Below, piece after piece: positions 60,684 to 64,000 of a stretch of 64,000 nt of DNA. The notes under the pieces were generated by a model, which was not told the origin of the DNA, did no database searches, and was given only the letters and a program-made list of their open reading frames with translations. Each line of letters begins with the position of its first letter. Within the stretch, counting starts at the first letter, position 1. This DNA comes from Hydrolagus affinis (lineage: Eukaryota). The position numbers and the translations under genes were made by a program. The DNA is taken from assembly GCA_012026655.1 (NCBI GenBank), contig JAAILG010001105.1, positions 1-64,000 of the forward strand. The letters run 5' to 3'.

Positions 60684-61090
60684 TTTTTTATATGCTTCAA
60701 TATACGGCAGTCAATGTCATTATAATTTAATGATAATAATGGATTTTGTTCTAGGAAAATATCACTGATTACTTCCTAATACATTCTGAGAAAACTAAGT
60801 TAAAAGGGACACTGCAGCTTGAACTTGTTTCTTTGCCAGCCCATCAGTTGTTCCATGACTGGATTAAATACATCAAAGAGCACGCTAGACATTGATTCGC
60901 AAGCAGATAGCCAGAGTGCCTCTTTGGTAGGCGAACTGATTAGCCATTTGATAAGAAGTCCAAGGACTCTACAGAGATGTAATCAAGAAAGTAACTCTGG
61001 ACTCCTTTTACCAAATGTAACCGTACGGTTAGAGACAGTGAGGAGACATCTTGCTATTATTGTGGTGAATCGGGATTGGTGGGATTTGCG

Positions 61091-61404
61091 TAATAATAAT
61101 AATAATTGTGTTTGATACAGCGCTTTTCATATCTTCTAGACTTCTCAAATTGCTTCCCAGAATATACTGTAAAGTGAACTGATTGTATATTTGTGGGCAA
61201 AACATAGCAGCCAGTTGCGCACAGCAGTGTCCCTCAAACATTCCATGGATTGAAATAACCAATTAATGATTGTTTCTTTTCCGAAGGATTATTATCAGTC
61301 GTGTGGAGTAAGGAAACTTGCCTAAGTGTTCCGCCCTGCCTGGAATTGAACCCAGGTTTCTCGCTTGCAAGGCGGATGCTCTAACCACTGAGCTACAGGG
61401 CTCC
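61091..61404 (-). mobile_element. Full-length tRNA-derived SINE
   Basis: Reverse-complement head GGAGCCCTGTAGCTCAGTGGTTAGAGCATCCGCC...GGGTTCAATTCC with intact box A and box B, and a (TTA)n tail. Confidence 0.93.
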
Positions 61405-62640
61405 ACTTAATATGAATGACAAGCAAAGGGAATGTTCGCCCCAGTCATCGTCTGGGGTCTGTTCAAATACTGTATGTGAAACCCTGTCCATGATGACCAA
61501 GGGAGGGAAAAGATCTCCAAAGAAATCAATGATTGATTTGACTTTACACATCCTGACTTACTCTGCTCCTGGTATCCTGTGAGGCTTTGTGTTTTCAGCG
61601 TGAAAGAAGTGCCCATTGTTCAGCACAAACTGATTTCTGGTCTTAAAGACCACTTTGTGGCCCTGGAGTATGACATTTGTACAGTGCACTCCCGTGAAAG
61701 TATCTAGAGTGGGGCACAGGTCAAAGTACGCTGCTTTTTAGCAGCTCTGTAAACCTCCAAGGGCTTTCACTGAATCAGGCAGGTTCAAACCTAGGTTACT
61801 GGACAAGACCTGAAGACACAGCGCACTGCCAGACTTATTCACCTTAAAATGTTTCCAATCTAGATAAGATGTTGAAAAAGTGAATGCGCTCGGTCAAACA
61901 CTTCCCAAGCTGTTTACTGTAGTGGGTACATTTCAGCCAGTTAGCATGTTGCGGCACCAAATCATTGGACAAATATTTCAGCTAAAATAAACAGAACAAA
62001 CTTTTTTTATTGCGCTGATCATCAGCAGAAGATTTCACTTAATCTGCAGCTACGTTCCATGGTACAATCTGTCAGAATCTCTTGACTTTCACCCAAATGA
62101 AGCTACATGTTATTTTTAGAAAATCACGAGAGTAAATACTTCCCTTCAGATCACTGGGAGTGACTAATAACATCTAAATAACGCTGCTACCCATGTCCTG
62201 CCTGGTTATCTATCACCTCAGCAACTTAGTTATACAACTGTAGGCCAAATTAAATATTGTTGTCTTTATTCATTAATAATTAGACCTAAAATAACATCCA
62301 GATGTCTAATATTTATATTTGAACAAACAATGTTGAACATTGAGGGATACAACATTTGAATTCAAACCATGATAATTCAAACAAATGCACCCATCTTGTT
62401 TCATTTGACTATGCACTTATTAACTCTATTATCACCAAACTAGCAGCACTCAAATGTGAGAAATGGCCGAGGCTATTCTTCATGGAATGACTTCAAAATA
62501 GGCAGAGTTTGTGTGGAAAGCGGTACTCCGCTGTCTGTGCTAACATTATCTTCCCAACTAACTTAAGATTCCAAATGTACTGATTCAGTGTTTTGCTTGT
62601 GTAGAATTTGACAGAATGTAATGTCTTAACAACGTAGATA

Positions 62641-62898
62641 ATAATAATTAATAATCCTTGCATTTGACATAGCGCTGTTCACGTCTTCTAGACATCTCAA
62701 AGAGCTTCACCGAATACACTGTAAAGTGAATTGACTGTATATTTGTGGGTGAAACATGGCAGCCAATTGCGCACAGCAGTATCCCACAAACAGCTTGGAG
62801 TAAGGAAACGTGCCCAAGGTCTCGCTTTGACCTGCCTGGATTCGAACACAGGTCTCACGCATGTAAGGCGAGTGCCCTAACCACTGAGCTACAGGACT
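62641..62898 (-). mobile_element. Full-length tRNA-derived SINE, short variant
   Basis: Reverse-complement head AGTCCTGTAGCTCAGTGGTTAGGGCACTCGCC...GTGTTCGAATCC. The body lacks the central segment present in other copies. Confidence 0.92.
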
Positions 62899-64000
62899 GT
62901 ACAGAGCAAAACTGACTTGTCAGATTTTAAGCTCTATTGAAGCTGACAGACTGGAAGCAAAAGGGAAACCTTTTGAGGGATCAAAATGCTTTGGGGGATG
63001 ATTTATTTTCATCCGCAAAAAAAGTAGCTCCGTGATGTTATGTCTATCGTTTGGGTTACAAATAACTTGCAGTTTTATCATTGGGTCAAAATTCCTCAAA
63101 ATACTTCACAGATAGCTACGGTCGAATGCAGTACTGGAACTGCTTTTGGAGATAAACGTAGCAGCCAATTTTTTTGATCAACAAGGTCCCACTTCCCTCC
63201 ATAAAGTGAATGACCGATTAATAGAAAGGATTGTTGGCTAAGACACTGTGGGTAGCTTTCATCTCTTTTCCAATACTGCATTCCCGCTTACCGACCCGCA
63301 GTCCCAGACTATGAGCTCAAGTCCACTGTGCAGCTGGCAATGGCTGTAATTAACTCGGCATTGGTGTTTTACAGGAAAAATGTCACCAGAGAATCCTGCT
63401 ATGAATAAAGCAAACTTTACCCAATTTCAATGTGGTTCAAATAAAACTATGTATTTATTGGTAAAATAAATAATATTCATGAATTAACACCTCTGCTCTT
63501 TTCACATCGCCTCAACACATTTAAATTACCCCAGTAACAGATTGTCATCTCCAATAACAGCTTCCAGGTGTAAAACACACATTTCAGTGTGTTTAATACT
63601 GAAATTGAGATGGTTTTTGTTAAAGAATTTTCTAAAATTTTGCCAGATCTTAAATTTGAAAAGTAATGGTCACAAGCCTAACCATTTTGTATCCTTTTTG
63701 GCCTAGAATTCTTCCCCAGTGTGGCATTTCTCTCCTCCGTCCCTATAACTGACCCACAGTCTCACCCTAGGTCATGAGCTCACTTCCCACTGCAAGACTG
63801 CAAGTGACTGTAATATTAACAAGTCCCCACTTACTTTGCAGGGAGAAATTCCAAACAGTAGTGGTAACTTGGAAACAACCAAATCAACCCAGGTTTGGGA
63901 TTTTGTGTCTTGTGACTTAAGTTTCTGGATGAAGACCTTCCCCAATCCCAAGCTGCTCTGAACAGAAATGTTGGCAGTCAGGAGGCTTGCTGTACTGTTT

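Overview
AT-rich vertebrate genomic DNA. The repeat content (tRNA-headed SINEs with L2-type tails, a Deu-domain SINE, L2 and CR1 fragments, a shark-type fold-back) points to a cartilaginous fish, probably a holocephalan; this is an inference. The only supported protein-coding gene is ZNF469 on the minus strand, one uninterrupted 13,395-nt ORF (32616-46010, 4464 aa) with one CCHC and seven C2H2 fingers. It appears to lie in a terminal exon of about 16.5 kb, with a splice acceptor at 46204-46226, four upstream ORFs before the ATG, and a ~3-kb repeat-free 3' UTR carrying a miR-29 8mer site and a poly(A) signal near 29673. The flanks hold about 40 short retroposon fragments, two copies of a TA-flanked Tigger/pogo-like MITE, a degenerate minisatellite, a promoter-like motif cluster at the left edge, two CTCF-like sites and several enhancer-like blocks. 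No CRISPR array, rRNA or true tRNA gene is supported, and I found no clearly novel multi-gene system. The most unusual signals are recurrent head-to-head (tails-outward) retroposon pairs, the dense uORF leader and a SALL-type CCHC finger in ZNF469. Repeat boundaries are approximate and family names come from recognition, not from searches.
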